From: an uncultured archaeon | Lineage (GTDB): Archaea; Thermoproteota; Nitrososphaeria; Nitrososphaerales; Gagatemarchaeaceae | DNA: 64,000 nt | Direction: 5' to 3' | Assembly: GCA_963799775.1 (NCBI GenBank) | Contig: CAWCYD010000003.1 | Coordinates: forward strand, 448,001-512,000 | Shown here: in pieces, positions 33,197-42,323 of the stretch | Layout: every line of letters begins with the position of its first letter | How positions within the stretch are numbered: the stretch's first letter is position 1 | Program-made: the position numbers and the translations under genes | Notes under the pieces: model-generated | What the model was told of the DNA's origin: nothing | Database searches by the model: none | The model's input: the letters and a program-made list of their open reading frames with translations, nothing else

Positions 33197-33737
33197 ACAG
33201 GAATCAAAAGAGCCGCCAGTAAAGTATGTCAGCCCGAGAGATAGCGCCCGAAGACTGCGAGGAGCTCCTCCCTGACCGCGCTGGGCTTGTTGGGACCGCC
33301 CAGCGTGACTATCGAAGACCTCACGATGTACGGGTGATGATAGATGAGTGACTCGGAGCCATATCGGGGAGTTGACATTACCAAGGCCCGAAGGAAACTC
33401 ATCTCCTCGAGGCTCAGCCGTGGATGAAAGGTCGCGGCCTCGTCCTCCCAATGACGGTCAAGGTCGAGCCTGGCGAGTCGTTTGGTCAACCGATTCACTT
33501 CGCGAAGTCTGGGGTAAAGCGGCTGCGCGCTGGCCAAGACCATGTCCGGCGCCATCACTCCCATTCGAGCCCAACTGCTCAGTTTCCCGACCTCATGAAG
33601 GATTCGGCGCCGCTCCAGGTAGAGAAGATCCTTCAGTAGACGAACCTGGCCGAAGGTGAGCTCGGGCCTTCGCGAGACCATGCACTCTAAAACTCACGTT
33701 TGAATTGACGCTTGTTTGGTCGTTGGCCCCTTGCCCG

Positions 33738-34313
33738 CTATTGCGGGAAGACTATTGTTAGGTTGCCTGTCGTGGCATTCGTTTCAATAGAGAACCCAAT
33801 CGACGATGACTTGGCATTCTCCGACGTAACCCTCAAAGTTCCTGTGATTGGTGCTCCAGCGGCGCCTATCATGCGGGGAACCGCTGAGTACCCGGCCTCT
33901 GTCGGGGCCACAACCAATCCGTGACCGACAACAAGGGCGCAGAAATCAATCTCGCGCTGGTCTCCAACGTTGATGTCGACGGTCGCGTGACTCCCCACCC
34001 AAGAGAGCTGAAATCTCTCAGTGGCCCCCTCCAATTCCATCCACGCCGTACAGTTGCGCGCCGCATCGTTAAGCACCCATCTCTCTCGATTGATAACGGG
34101 AACCCTGATGGCTTGCAATATCACAGGCACGGTCCCTTGAATGACTGGACCGGGAGGCAGGAGGCCGGAGTAGAGATCGAAGTTAGGCAACAGCACCGTC
34201 GAAGAGTGACCGCGAATTCGTAGGACGGGCGACTTGAGCTGGTCGAAAAGAACTGCGAACGCGAACCCCGCTAACGCCCCCAGGAAAGCGGCGACTATCG
34301 TGAAATCTGCCAA
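33738..34313 (-). CDS. Hypothetical protein with N-terminal TM anchor
   Basis: Hydrophobic N-terminus and beta-rich body. Confidence 0.6.
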   Translation of the reverse strand: MADFTIVAAFLGALAGFAFAVLFDQLKSPVLRIRGHSSTVLLPNFDLYSGLLPPGPVIQGTVPVILQAIRVPVINRERWVLNDAARNCTAWMELEGATERFQLSWVGSHATVDINVGDQREIDFCALVVGHGLVVAPTEAGYSAVPRMIGAAGAPITGTLRVTSENAKSSSIGFSIETNATTGNLTIVFPQ

Positions 34314-34347
34314 GCCTCTCCTCGAGGGAGGTCCCTTTTACTTAACA

Positions 34348-35001
34348 ATGGCGACCACAAGGCGACCAAGACAGGACATCAAGGCAGACTCGAGGCTAGT
34401 CGAGCAGCTTGACGGCCTGAAGGAGGAGCTCGGGACGAGCTCCCGGACTTCGACGATTAGGAGGCTAGTCGTGCACTACAAGGAGAGCTCAAAGTCGAGG
34501 GAAGGCCTGCCAGTAGCCACGGCGTCGATTATGACAGATGACCGACCGGCTCTCATCACTGGATCGAGTGGAGCAGGAAAGACCACTACGATCAAGGCCC
34601 TCCTCGATGGTTGGGCCGGGCCTGTTTTCGCTTTGGACGTAAAGGGCGTCGACTATGTCGACTTCGAGAAACTCGACCTGGGAAAGGTCTCATCCTACGA
34701 GTGGGCCTCAGTGGATGGGCCTACAAGATTGCGCTTCACCCCCACCACGGAGCTCTCCGCGCAGGGGGAGTCAGAGGCGATCCTGCAGCTCCTGGCGCTG
34801 ATTCTTCACCAGGATGGGCACCCTTTGAAATCATGGGTGCTGATTCTGGAAGAGGGGCAAAGGTTCGCGAAGAACTCCAACTTCAAAGAAATCCTCTCGG
34901 AGGGACGCGTGTTCTGCAGGAAGATCCTCATCGCCTCCCAACTCTCAAGGCCGTTTCGAGAGCTGGTACCAGTGTACGTGCCTCCCCCGAGGCCTGTCTA
35001 G
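34348..35001 (+). CDS. RHH-like domain fused to a HerA/FtsK-like P-loop ATPase
   Basis: Walker A GSSGAGKTT, Walker B VLILEEGQRF, and SEGR...IASQ; N-terminal LVEQLDGLKEELG...IRRLV. Confidence 0.75.
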   Translation: MATTRRPRQDIKADSRLVEQLDGLKEELGTSSRTSTIRRLVVHYKESSKSREGLPVATASIMTDDRPALITGSSGAGKTTTIKALLDGWAGPVFALDVKGVDYVDFEKLDLGKVSSYEWASVDGPTRLRFTPTTELSAQGESEAILQLLALILHQDGHPLKSWVLILEEGQRFAKNSNFKEILSEGRVFCRKILIASQLSRPFRELVPVYVPPPRPV

Positions 35002-35357
35002 GTCAGCAGGAAGTGCGCTTTTAGCAGCGTCTTCACTTCGGCAAGTTCTGTTGGGTTGAGACAACCAAACTTCTCCTTGATAAATCGGCCGTCCATCACT
35101 GTTACCTGAAAGACCAAGGCCACGGAGTCCTTGTCTAACCCGTTGACTGAGTGCTTTTTGATGGTGACAGTGAGAGGGAATCTTCTGGACTCAATGGTTT
35201 TAGTGAGCGGAATCACTGTAGCCATGTTCATCCCTGGGACCTTCGCAACTATGATCGCGGGTCGCTCTCCCGCCTGTTCGTGACCATCTCCTGAGAACTC
35301 TGCAAGCACTATATCCCCTATCGCGAAGCTGCCGACGTTGGGAGTCAGCGCTGGCAT
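34998..35357 (-). CDS. PemK/MazF-family toxin
   Basis: GDIV, GHEQAGERPAIIV, VIPLT, GLDKDSVALVFQV and D.R. Confidence 0.93.
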   Translation of the reverse strand: MPALTPNVGSFAIGDIVLAEFSGDGHEQAGERPAIIVAKVPGMNMATVIPLTKTIESRRFPLTVTIKKHSVNGLDKDSVALVFQVTVMDGRFIKEKFGCLNPTELAEVKTLLKAHFLLT

Positions 35358-35375
35358 TTTGTGTAACCGAGCTCT

Positions 35376-35912
35376 TTAGGCGGGTTGAGAGAGTATCGAG
35401 GCGGAACCGAGTCTCGTCCACGCAGAAAGCTCGTTCTTCAACTCGGGGGTGACATATTGCTCCTTGAACATCAGCTTCTTGGCGTCGTTCATGGATATGG
35501 TCAACTGCTCCTCGGAGAAGTTCTCCTTCCACAGCCTGAGTTTCTCCCTGATCCCTAACTCGTCCATCTTTGGATATGCATCGTACATCAGATAGACTGC
35601 ACTCGCAGCTCCTTCGAGCCTCGAGACCTCGATTGGCACACTCTCCTTGACGTGATTGAGGATTCTCTTCTGGGCTGCTGTGGGCTTCGGACTTTGGAGT
35701 GCCTGATATTCATCCCGATATATCCACATCTCCTTGTCGAGGTTCATGGAGTACGGGCCGCGACTGCGCCTCTCGAACTTGAAGTTGATTCCGAACCCCA
35801 GTTTCTTCAGGAGGTAGGTTATCTTCTGGATTACTATCCTGTCGTCTTGGCTGTCGATATTCGGTGCGAATCTCAGATACCCAAGTGCAGTGAGGATTTC
35901 GTCAGTTGCCAA
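35376..35912 (-). CDS. YwgA/Panacea-like winged-helix protein; putative antitoxin
   Basis: RIVIQKITYLL...F.F....GPYS motif; directly upstream of the toxin gene. Confidence 0.6.
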   Translation of the reverse strand: MATDEILTALGYLRFAPNIDSQDDRIVIQKITYLLKKLGFGINFKFERRSRGPYSMNLDKEMWIYRDEYQALQSPKPTAAQKRILNHVKESVPIEVSRLEGAASAVYLMYDAYPKMDELGIREKLRLWKENFSEEQLTISMNDAKKLMFKEQYVTPELKNELSAWTRLGSASILSQPA

Positions 35913-36510
35913 AGTAATCTTCCACGACTTCCAGCTTTTTGTATGGTTTTTACCGTATTAAGACTTTGTGAAGAAGGTGCCTCAGGTCCGGGGTTCAAAT
36001 GGTTAGGTTTTCGCCCCGAGCCCCTGGACGCCTCCTGGCTAACCTTAATACAGAATTCCCCGCACAAGGTGAGGAATGAGCAAGGAGGACTAAATTTACT
36101 ACTGTTCGAATCGTTGGTCCCCCCGAGGACGGATAGCCTGATTTCATGACTCAAGTTCGATTCTAACTGCTTGAGTTCAGATTTCCTATAAAGACCTCCG
36201 AATGACGTATAAATTGGGGAGAGCGGCGACAAAGCCGTGCCCGCCCTACGAATTCCTTGCGACGCGAGAAGAATGTCCAGGGCCTGCGAGAATGCCATTC
36301 ACGAAATCCCCGTCAGCATCGGGAATGGATCGGTTCAACAATGGGATGCCACTGCGGCGGAGATCTCGTTCTGGAGACATCTCACCAACGATCAACAGAA
36401 TGCTCTAGTTCAAAGCCAATACCAAGGGTGCTTCCTGTGCAACCTCGACTCGATGATGCCTTGAGCTGGCCTCTACAAGACTAAATAACGCGGCTGGCCG
36501 GAAACCACCG

Positions 36511-37152
36511 TTGGCGGCTCAGCAGGAACTTCTTCTCGTCGAAGTTGTCGCGGACAAGGACACTTGCACTTCGATTGAGAACGCGCTACAGAACTCGCAG
36601 TTCTTTCATTCCATCGAATCCCGCGAACCCTTGAAGTTTAGAGTGATCGCTCATCCAGTGGTTCTCGCAATGCTTCTCACTTTCCTTGAAACAAGGGCGG
36701 CAGCGATTTCTGGCAAGATTACGATGAACGATGGGACAGTCTATCAGCTGGACGCCTACGGGATGGATGAACTCAAGAAGGCGACAGCCAGAAAACTAGG
36801 GGCGACGCCATCAGCGACTCCCTCATCTCCTGGCCCTCAGACCGGTCCAAACGTCGTTGATCTATTCATGGCCGCCCTGAGCAATCCAGAGGCGACAGGG
36901 AAACTCGTGAAGGAAATCGCGAGTGCTTTGCGGGGAGATCCGGCAGTCGCGCTTGAGGAAACCAAGCAAATCTCCCGCTTCACGTTAGCGATCATGAGCC
37001 TAATGGCCGCCGTGATTATTGGGGCCTCAGTCCTGGGCTACTTTGGAAAGATCGGCGGCGACACCGTCGGCATAGTCTACGGGACAGTGATAGGCAGCTC
37101 CTTCGCGTTTCTCTACAAGTACCTTGGCGCACCTGAGGAAGGCCAATCCTAG
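36511..37152 (+). CDS. Hypothetical protein with C-terminal two-TM hairpin
   Basis: Soluble N-terminal domain, Pro/Ser linker, then two TM helices. Confidence 0.65.
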   Translation: MAAQQELLLVEVVADKDTCTSIENALQNSQFFHSIESREPLKFRVIAHPVVLAMLLTFLETRAAAISGKITMNDGTVYQLDAYGMDELKKATARKLGATPSATPSSPGPQTGPNVVDLFMAALSNPEATGKLVKEIASALRGDPAVALEETKQISRFTLAIMSLMAAVIIGASVLGYFGKIGGDTVGIVYGTVIGSSFAFLYKYLGAPEEGQS

Positions 37153-37157
37153 CAAAG

Positions 37158-38138
37158 TCAGGAGGCAGGCAGGGCCCGGCCGATACGTCGCTCATCGAGC
37201 TGGTACACTCCGTAGATGTCACCAAACAACGTATCACGATATTGCCAAGTGTTTGGAAGGGTCAAGGTCACGAAGAATTTCTGTCGAGTCACATGATGCA
37301 AATTGGAATACACGGCACGTCCTACTAGCACCTGATTCTTTTTTGCAATGCCGCAGATCTTGGCGGCGACGTTCATGGTGTAGCCTAGCAGATCTCTCGA
37401 ATTCTTGATGTCCTTCGACCCCAGCTCGACTATCTGGTTCTCGCCGCAATCGACACCAATTCTAAAGCCGATTTCCGGATAGCCTTGCTCGACCAGGGCC
37501 GGGATCAAGACCTCTCGCATGAACATCCAAGCGACGATAGCGCAGTCGCCTGCATTGTCAATCATTCCGGGGAAGTTCCTCTCGGCCGGGAAATACCCGA
37601 TTAATCCATCACCGGTGTACTTCAAGACATAACCTCTGTAGCCGTTTATCAGGAGAGTTATCTCGTGTGATAGGACTGTCACGATCTTGTTCATCTTTTC
37701 AGCACCTAGAGTTCTGCTCATCTCTGTCGAACCAACCAAATCGATGTAGAGAACAGCGAAGACCATCGTCTTGTCCTTGTTGAGCTCCAGGAAGTTCTCG
37801 GAAAGGTCGATTCCCCTCTCGATCTTTAATTCCTCTGACAGAAGTTGCTTGACTCTCGGCTTGGCTTCCTGAAAATACGCCGTAAGATCTTTGATGGTGG
37901 GTGGAGATTGTACGATTGGAACCTCCATTGAGCGCATCCACCCCTCGATCAATTCTTCTTCGAGTAGGACAATCTTGCTGCCCTTGTCACGCCAGGCCTT
38001 CTTGCCGTCCAAGTCAAACTGCTCGTATCTGGTCGGGTCGAGTTCGATTTCAAACCTCAACAGTCCCTTCTCTTTGTCTATGACCTCGACGTTCTTGATT
38101 TGAAGGTCGATTCGAAAGGGGCCCTTGCCGATTGGCAA
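37158..38138 (-). CDS. Class III nucleotidyl (adenylate/guanylate-type) cyclase
   Basis: LYIDLVGST, KYTGDG, RIGVDCG and DLLGYTMNVAAK. Confidence 0.9.
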   Translation of the reverse strand: MPIGKGPFRIDLQIKNVEVIDKEKGLLRFEIELDPTRYEQFDLDGKKAWRDKGSKIVLLEEELIEGWMRSMEVPIVQSPPTIKDLTAYFQEAKPRVKQLLSEELKIERGIDLSENFLELNKDKTMVFAVLYIDLVGSTEMSRTLGAEKMNKIVTVLSHEITLLINGYRGYVLKYTGDGLIGYFPAERNFPGMIDNAGDCAIVAWMFMREVLIPALVEQGYPEIGFRIGVDCGENQIVELGSKDIKNSRDLLGYTMNVAAKICGIAKKNQVLVGRAVYSNLHHVTRQKFFVTLTLPNTWQYRDTLFGDIYGVYQLDERRIGRALPAS

Positions 38139-38301
38139 CAGCTCTCATGAGATAGGGCTGATATTGAACTTTCAAATCCACAGGATTAATGACAGCGTGG
38201 ACAACCCGAAAACAGCCTAATCATGGACAAACAGAGATAGCGAGAGCGCCTTCAGAACAACGGGGGCGGAAGCTGGTTGTCCATGGCAAAACGCGCCGAA
38301 A

Positions 38302-38649
38302 TTGACCCATAATTGGCACAGGTTTTTAGACTCGTCTCGTCTTCTCTATTCCGCAATGACGGGAAAAGTGAGCGAGAAAGAAATCATGGACAACGAATTT
38401 CAGCAGTGTCCATTCTGCGACAGACTCTTCGAGAAGTCCTACCGGATTGCGGTGACCACGGAGCTAGAGGAGCACATCAGAACACAGCACGGGAGGGTGA
38501 AGGTATGGCGGGGTCGAAACGTGCGGTGGTGCCCCGCCTCCGAAGTAAGAAAGAAAATGGCCAGGGCGCCCGACAGCGCCCAAGGCCCAGCAGAAGGTCA
38601 ACCGTTCAGGGCGGCCGATCCTTCACATGGCAAAAGCGAGCGAAGTTAG
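38302..38649 (+). CDS. C2H2 zinc-finger protein
   Basis: CPFC...HIRTQH; the true start is uncertain. Confidence 0.7.
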   Translation: MTHNWHRFLDSSRLLYSAMTGKVSEKEIMDNEFQQCPFCDRLFEKSYRIAVTTELEEHIRTQHGRVKVWRGRNVRWCPASEVRKKMARAPDSAQGPAEGQPFRAADPSHGKSERS

Positions 38650-38890
38650 AGAAACGTCTTCGGAGCGTGACGAGCTCCGCGTTCGCAGGCCCTGGCCTCG
38701 CGTGCAGATAGAACTCGACGCGCACAATCAACCCTATCTCGCGCGATATCTCCACACCGAGACCGCCAAGCCGGCAGAACTCAGCGACGAAGTGCTGAGA
38801 CTCGCCAACGCATTGATGTGCCTTCGGCTCCCCAAGAGTCCGGCGAAGCGCCCAGAGGAGAGTAGCCCAGAGGAGAGTAGCCGCCCATGA
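38627..38890 (+). CDS. Hypothetical protein with a 15-bp tandem duplication (38851-38880)
   Basis: CCCAGAGGAGAGTAG twice; overlaps both neighbours. Confidence 0.5.
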   Translation: MAKASEVRETSSERDELRVRRPWPRVQIELDAHNQPYLARYLHTETAKPAELSDEVLRLANALMCLRLPKSPAKRPEESSPEESSRP

Positions 38891-39084
38891 AAGGCAGAAT
38901 CTGCTTCGAAGCTGAAGCGGGCGACGTCGTAGAAGTAATGCGCCAAGGAAACGAGCTCGTTCCAGTACGCCATGAGGACTTGAAAGAGATGCGGGAACTC
39001 GCTGGCAAATACGAGACTCTGCGACAACTTCTCGGCCGGGATCCGCTCGAAACTTACCAGAAGAGGAAGTGGAGGGAGGTCTAG
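38887..39084 (+). CDS. Hypothetical protein
   Basis: ATGA overlap with the upstream gene; ends just before the helicase. Confidence 0.55.
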   Translation: MKGRICFEAEAGDVVEVMRQGNELVPVRHEDLKEMRELAGKYETLRQLLGRDPLETYQKRKWREV

Positions 39085-39087
39085 CGC

Positions 39088-40863
39088 TTGACCGATGAGC
39101 CTGAGTCCAAGGCCGTGGAGCTGATTAGTATTGCAGAGGCCAGCTGCAGTTTCTTCACTGACCAGCACGGGACTCCGTACGCTTTTCGAAATAATCCTGG
39201 GCACGTCTCCGCGCTGAAGTCAAGGGAGTTCAAAGTTTGGCTAGTGGGGGAGTTCTACAAGAGGCATGAGGAGGCTGTCGGCAGCGACGCGATCTCCGCA
39301 GCGGTCAATGTGTTGGAAGCCAAGGCCAACGAATCAGCGCGCGTGACGCTGTCTACCAGGTGCGGCATGGATGGACCGAGAAGACTCCTGATCGACCTAG
39401 CCAGCAAAGACGAGCAGACGGTGGTCATTGACGCGGGTGGGCTCAGAATCGAATCCCTCGCTGAACCGAAGTTTCGAAGATACTCTCACATGGTCCCGAT
39501 GGAGGTCGCGGCGGACGCGGCTGACCTGAAAGAGTACGCGAAGTTCTGGAGGTTCAAGGATCCGGCCGATGACGTTTTGCTTGTGGGATTCATCGGTCAC
39601 GCCTTTGTAAGTGAGATTCCTCACGCAATCCTGGTCCTCATCGGTTCTAAGGGGAGCACGAAGACCACTGCGACAAGGGCGACGCGGCAGATTATCGACC
39701 CCAGCTCGGTCGCCGATCTCACGATTGGAGAGAAGGGCAAGGAGTTTGTTCAGCAGCTCGCGCACAACTACGTCCCCCTCTTCGACAACGTTTCGAAGCT
39801 GCAGCCCTGGCAGGCCGACGACCTCTGTAGAGCTTCGACCGGAGCAGGATTCTCCAAGCGCGAGCTCTACAGCGACGAAGACGATGTAATCTTCATGTTC
39901 AAGCGGGTCGTCATTGTCAACGGAATCAACACGCCGACCCAGAGGCCAGACTTCCTGGATCGAAGCATCCTAATTGAGTGTGCCAGGGTTCCGAGGGGAG
40001 AACGCCTCGAGGACAGCCAAGTCCAGGCGAAAATCTCGGAATGGATCCCTCGCCTCCGCAGGTCAATCTTCGAGGCCCTAGCAACAGCTACGCAGCTGAT
40101 TGACCAGGTCCGCGGAGAGCTGAAAGAGCTGCCCAGGATGGCGGACTTCGCGATATGGGGTGAGGCCTTCTGCAGGGCGTCCGGATACGCCCCTCTCGAG
40201 TTCTACAATCGCCTCATGGAGAAGGTCGACGAGACCAGCACTATAGCCCTCGAGAATGACGTGATCGCCGAGCTTCTCTTCAAACTCTTCGACGATCCGA
40301 AGAGTCTGACATACGGTTCCAAAGAGTTCGAGTGCACATCTAGTGAACTCCTCAAGACCCTTGTTGCCCTCAACGAGGAGCTGAAGTATGTAGGTCCGAA
40401 GGAACTTCCATCCTCACCGGATTCATTGGGTCGGCGCCTTGGGGAGCTCGCAGCCGACCTGGAGGAGGTGGGAATCAGGATCAGGCGTAACAGGTCCAGA
40501 AGGAAGCGCTCATACATCATCAGCAGGGTCTCCCCCAGAGGTAGCGAAGAAGCGTCACACGTGTCACTAGTGTCACCCACGGTGGGCCCAAACGGGGGCC
40601 AAAATGACACTTCTGTGACACGTGACGCTTCAAAACAGACTCCGATTGAAACCCCAGTGACACATGACGCTAGTGACACATGTTCGCTACCTCTAGGGGG
40701 GCAGGGGTTAGCAGCGAAGTCCAAGGCCAGCATTCCCCATTTCTTCTGCTCAGTCTGTGGCAAGGAGATAGGGACGGGCCTTGAGCTCAGCATCTACAAG
40801 ATAGGGAAGGAAAGGTTCTGCAAGGCCTGCTACCTCGAGAAGAAAGGGGAGGCCTCGGCATGA
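39088..40863 (+). CDS. Replication ATPase/helicase (SF3-like) with C-terminal zinc finger
   Basis: Walker A GSKGSTKTT, Walker B PLFDN, KRELYSD, VIVNGI, DFLDRS and PRMADF; C-terminal CSVC...CKAC. Confidence 0.75.
   Translation: MTDEPESKAVELISIAEASCSFFTDQHGTPYAFRNNPGHVSALKSREFKVWLVGEFYKRHEEAVGSDAISAAVNVLEAKANESARVTLSTRCGMDGPRRLLIDLASKDEQTVVIDAGGLRIESLAEPKFRRYSHMVPMEVAADAADLKEYAKFWRFKDPADDVLLVGFIGHAFVSEIPHAILVLIGSKGSTKTTATRATRQIIDPSSVADLTIGEKGKEFVQQLAHNYVPLFDNVSKLQPWQADDLCRASTGAGFSKRELYSDEDDVIFMFKRVVIVNGINTPTQRPDFLDRSILIECARVPRGERLEDSQVQAKISEWIPRLRRSIFEALATATQLIDQVRGELKELPRMADFAIWGEAFCRASGYAPLEFYNRLMEKVDETSTIALENDVIAELLFKLFDDPKSLTYGSKEFECTSSELLKTLVALNEELKYVGPKELPSSPDSLGRRLGELAADLEEVGIRIRRNRSRRKRSYIISRVSPRGSEEASHVSLVSPTVGPNGGQNDTSVTRDASKQTPIETPVTHDASDTCSLPLGGQGLAAKSKASIPHFFCSVCGKEIGTGLELSIYKIGKERFCKACYLEKKGEASA
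40549..40680. repeat. Iteron-like GTCAC/RTGAC cluster; putative element origin
   Basis: GTCAC at 40554, 40563 and 40572 (9-bp period) facing six TGAC copies between 40605 and 40677. Confidence 0.7.
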
Positions 40864-41051
40864 GCCTAACGAGTCCTCGAGCTGAGATCTACTACTGCGA
40901 AGGGTGCGGGTCGCCCAGTGAACCGGTAAGGTGCCTACGGAACATTCCACGAAGGGTCGTCGTCCTCGAGGCTTCGGCCAGGACGTACGGAGTCATTTGG
41001 AGCTTCTTCTGCCGCAGGTGCGAGGCGCGAGAGAGGAGCCGCAGATCATGA
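40860..41051 (+). CDS. Small C4 zinc-finger protein
   Basis: CEGC...CRRC; ATGA overlap with the helicase. Confidence 0.6.
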   Translation: MSLTSPRAEIYYCEGCGSPSEPVRCLRNIPRRVVVLEASARTYGVIWSFFCRRCEARERSRRS

Positions 41052-41533
41052 CCGCCCAGGAATCCGTGCCGAACGCCGGTCGGTATCTTTGCCCAAAGTG
41101 CTCGGAGGTGCCCTTGAGCTCGTCCTAGAAACCGGCGAGCTTGTCTGTCCTCAGTGCGGCATTGCGTTCGAAGACCCTGGCGCGAAGATCCTGAGGTTCG
41201 TCCCAGAGGGGAGCTCGATCAACTCGCCCGGAATGGTCCACGGGCTTGGAACGGACCAGCGCGAGCTGATTCGCCAATTCCATGCGTTAGGGATGAAGAA
41301 CGGAGGCGCTGAGAGGCCGGACGGCTACATGCTCTCCATAAATGGACCTTTGGAGCGGCCACAGCGACGATTCATTTTGGATTTCCATCACGCAGAAGCT
41401 CAAGGACAGAGGAATGAGCCCCGAGAGGATTGCCCTTGTCAGCGCGGTGCTTAGGAAGGAGATCGCTCACATGAACGCCCAGAAGACCGCAGAGTTGCAA
41501 ACCTTGCTCCGACAGATGGGGATTGACCCTTGA
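41048..41533 (+). CDS. TFIIB-type zinc-ribbon protein (frameshifted)
   Basis: CPKC in one frame and ETGELVCPQCG in the next. Confidence 0.5.
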
Positions 41534-42281
41534 TTCAGGAGATCTCTCTCGCTGATAGACCCGAACCCGTTTCAGTCGCGGGAGCCAGACGAGGGAGACG
41601 AGCTCCGTTCTGTGAAGGAGCTAGGCATGCTCAGAGTCGCCCTGATTGTCAGGCCGAGCTCCGTTGCTCAAGGACGTTTCCAACTGGCATTCGGACACAG
41701 GACCATCCAGACCCTCAGGAAACTAGGTCGAATCTACGTCCCCTGTGAAGTCCGATCCTTGAGCGACCGTGAGATGGCCAAGATGCTCCACGTCGAAAAC
41801 GAAGACAGGAGGGGACTCAGCGACGCAGAGCGAGGCCGATTCTATCAGCACTACATGAAGGACTTTGGCCTGTCAACCAGGGAGCTCGAGCGAGAGCTCG
41901 GCGTCGACCAAGGCAGCATCGTCAGGTGCGTCGGGATTGCCGACACCGCAAAGGCGATGGAAGGCTCCATCAGCGAGCCTCTTTCACGAGCGTTCGAGTA
42001 CGCCGTCACGGAGATCAAGTACAAGGAAGCCTCGAAGCTGAAGGACGAGGCGAAGAAGGTTCAGGTCCCTCGCCCAAGTTGCGGAGCATGACCTGAGTAG
42101 CGATCTGACGAAACTGCTGGTCGCAAAGGCCCAAGCAGGGATGACCGTGGCCGAGGCGGCGGCTGAGGTGGTAAACCTCAGGGAGGCCCGGAAATCCGAA
42201 TCGTACGCAGAGAGGAGAAGGCGGGTCGAGTGTCCCACGTGCAAGGGAGCCGGATTCATTTTGAGGGATGAGAAGGCTTGA
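41530..42281 (+). CDS. Second ParB-like protein; frameshifts
   Basis: FQLAFGHRT, VENEDRRGLS, HTH STRELERELGV, C-terminal CPTCKG. Confidence 0.75.
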
Positions 42282-42323
42282 GCGAGCAGGACTACGTCAG
42301 GGTGCCGAGGTCCGAGCTCGCCG

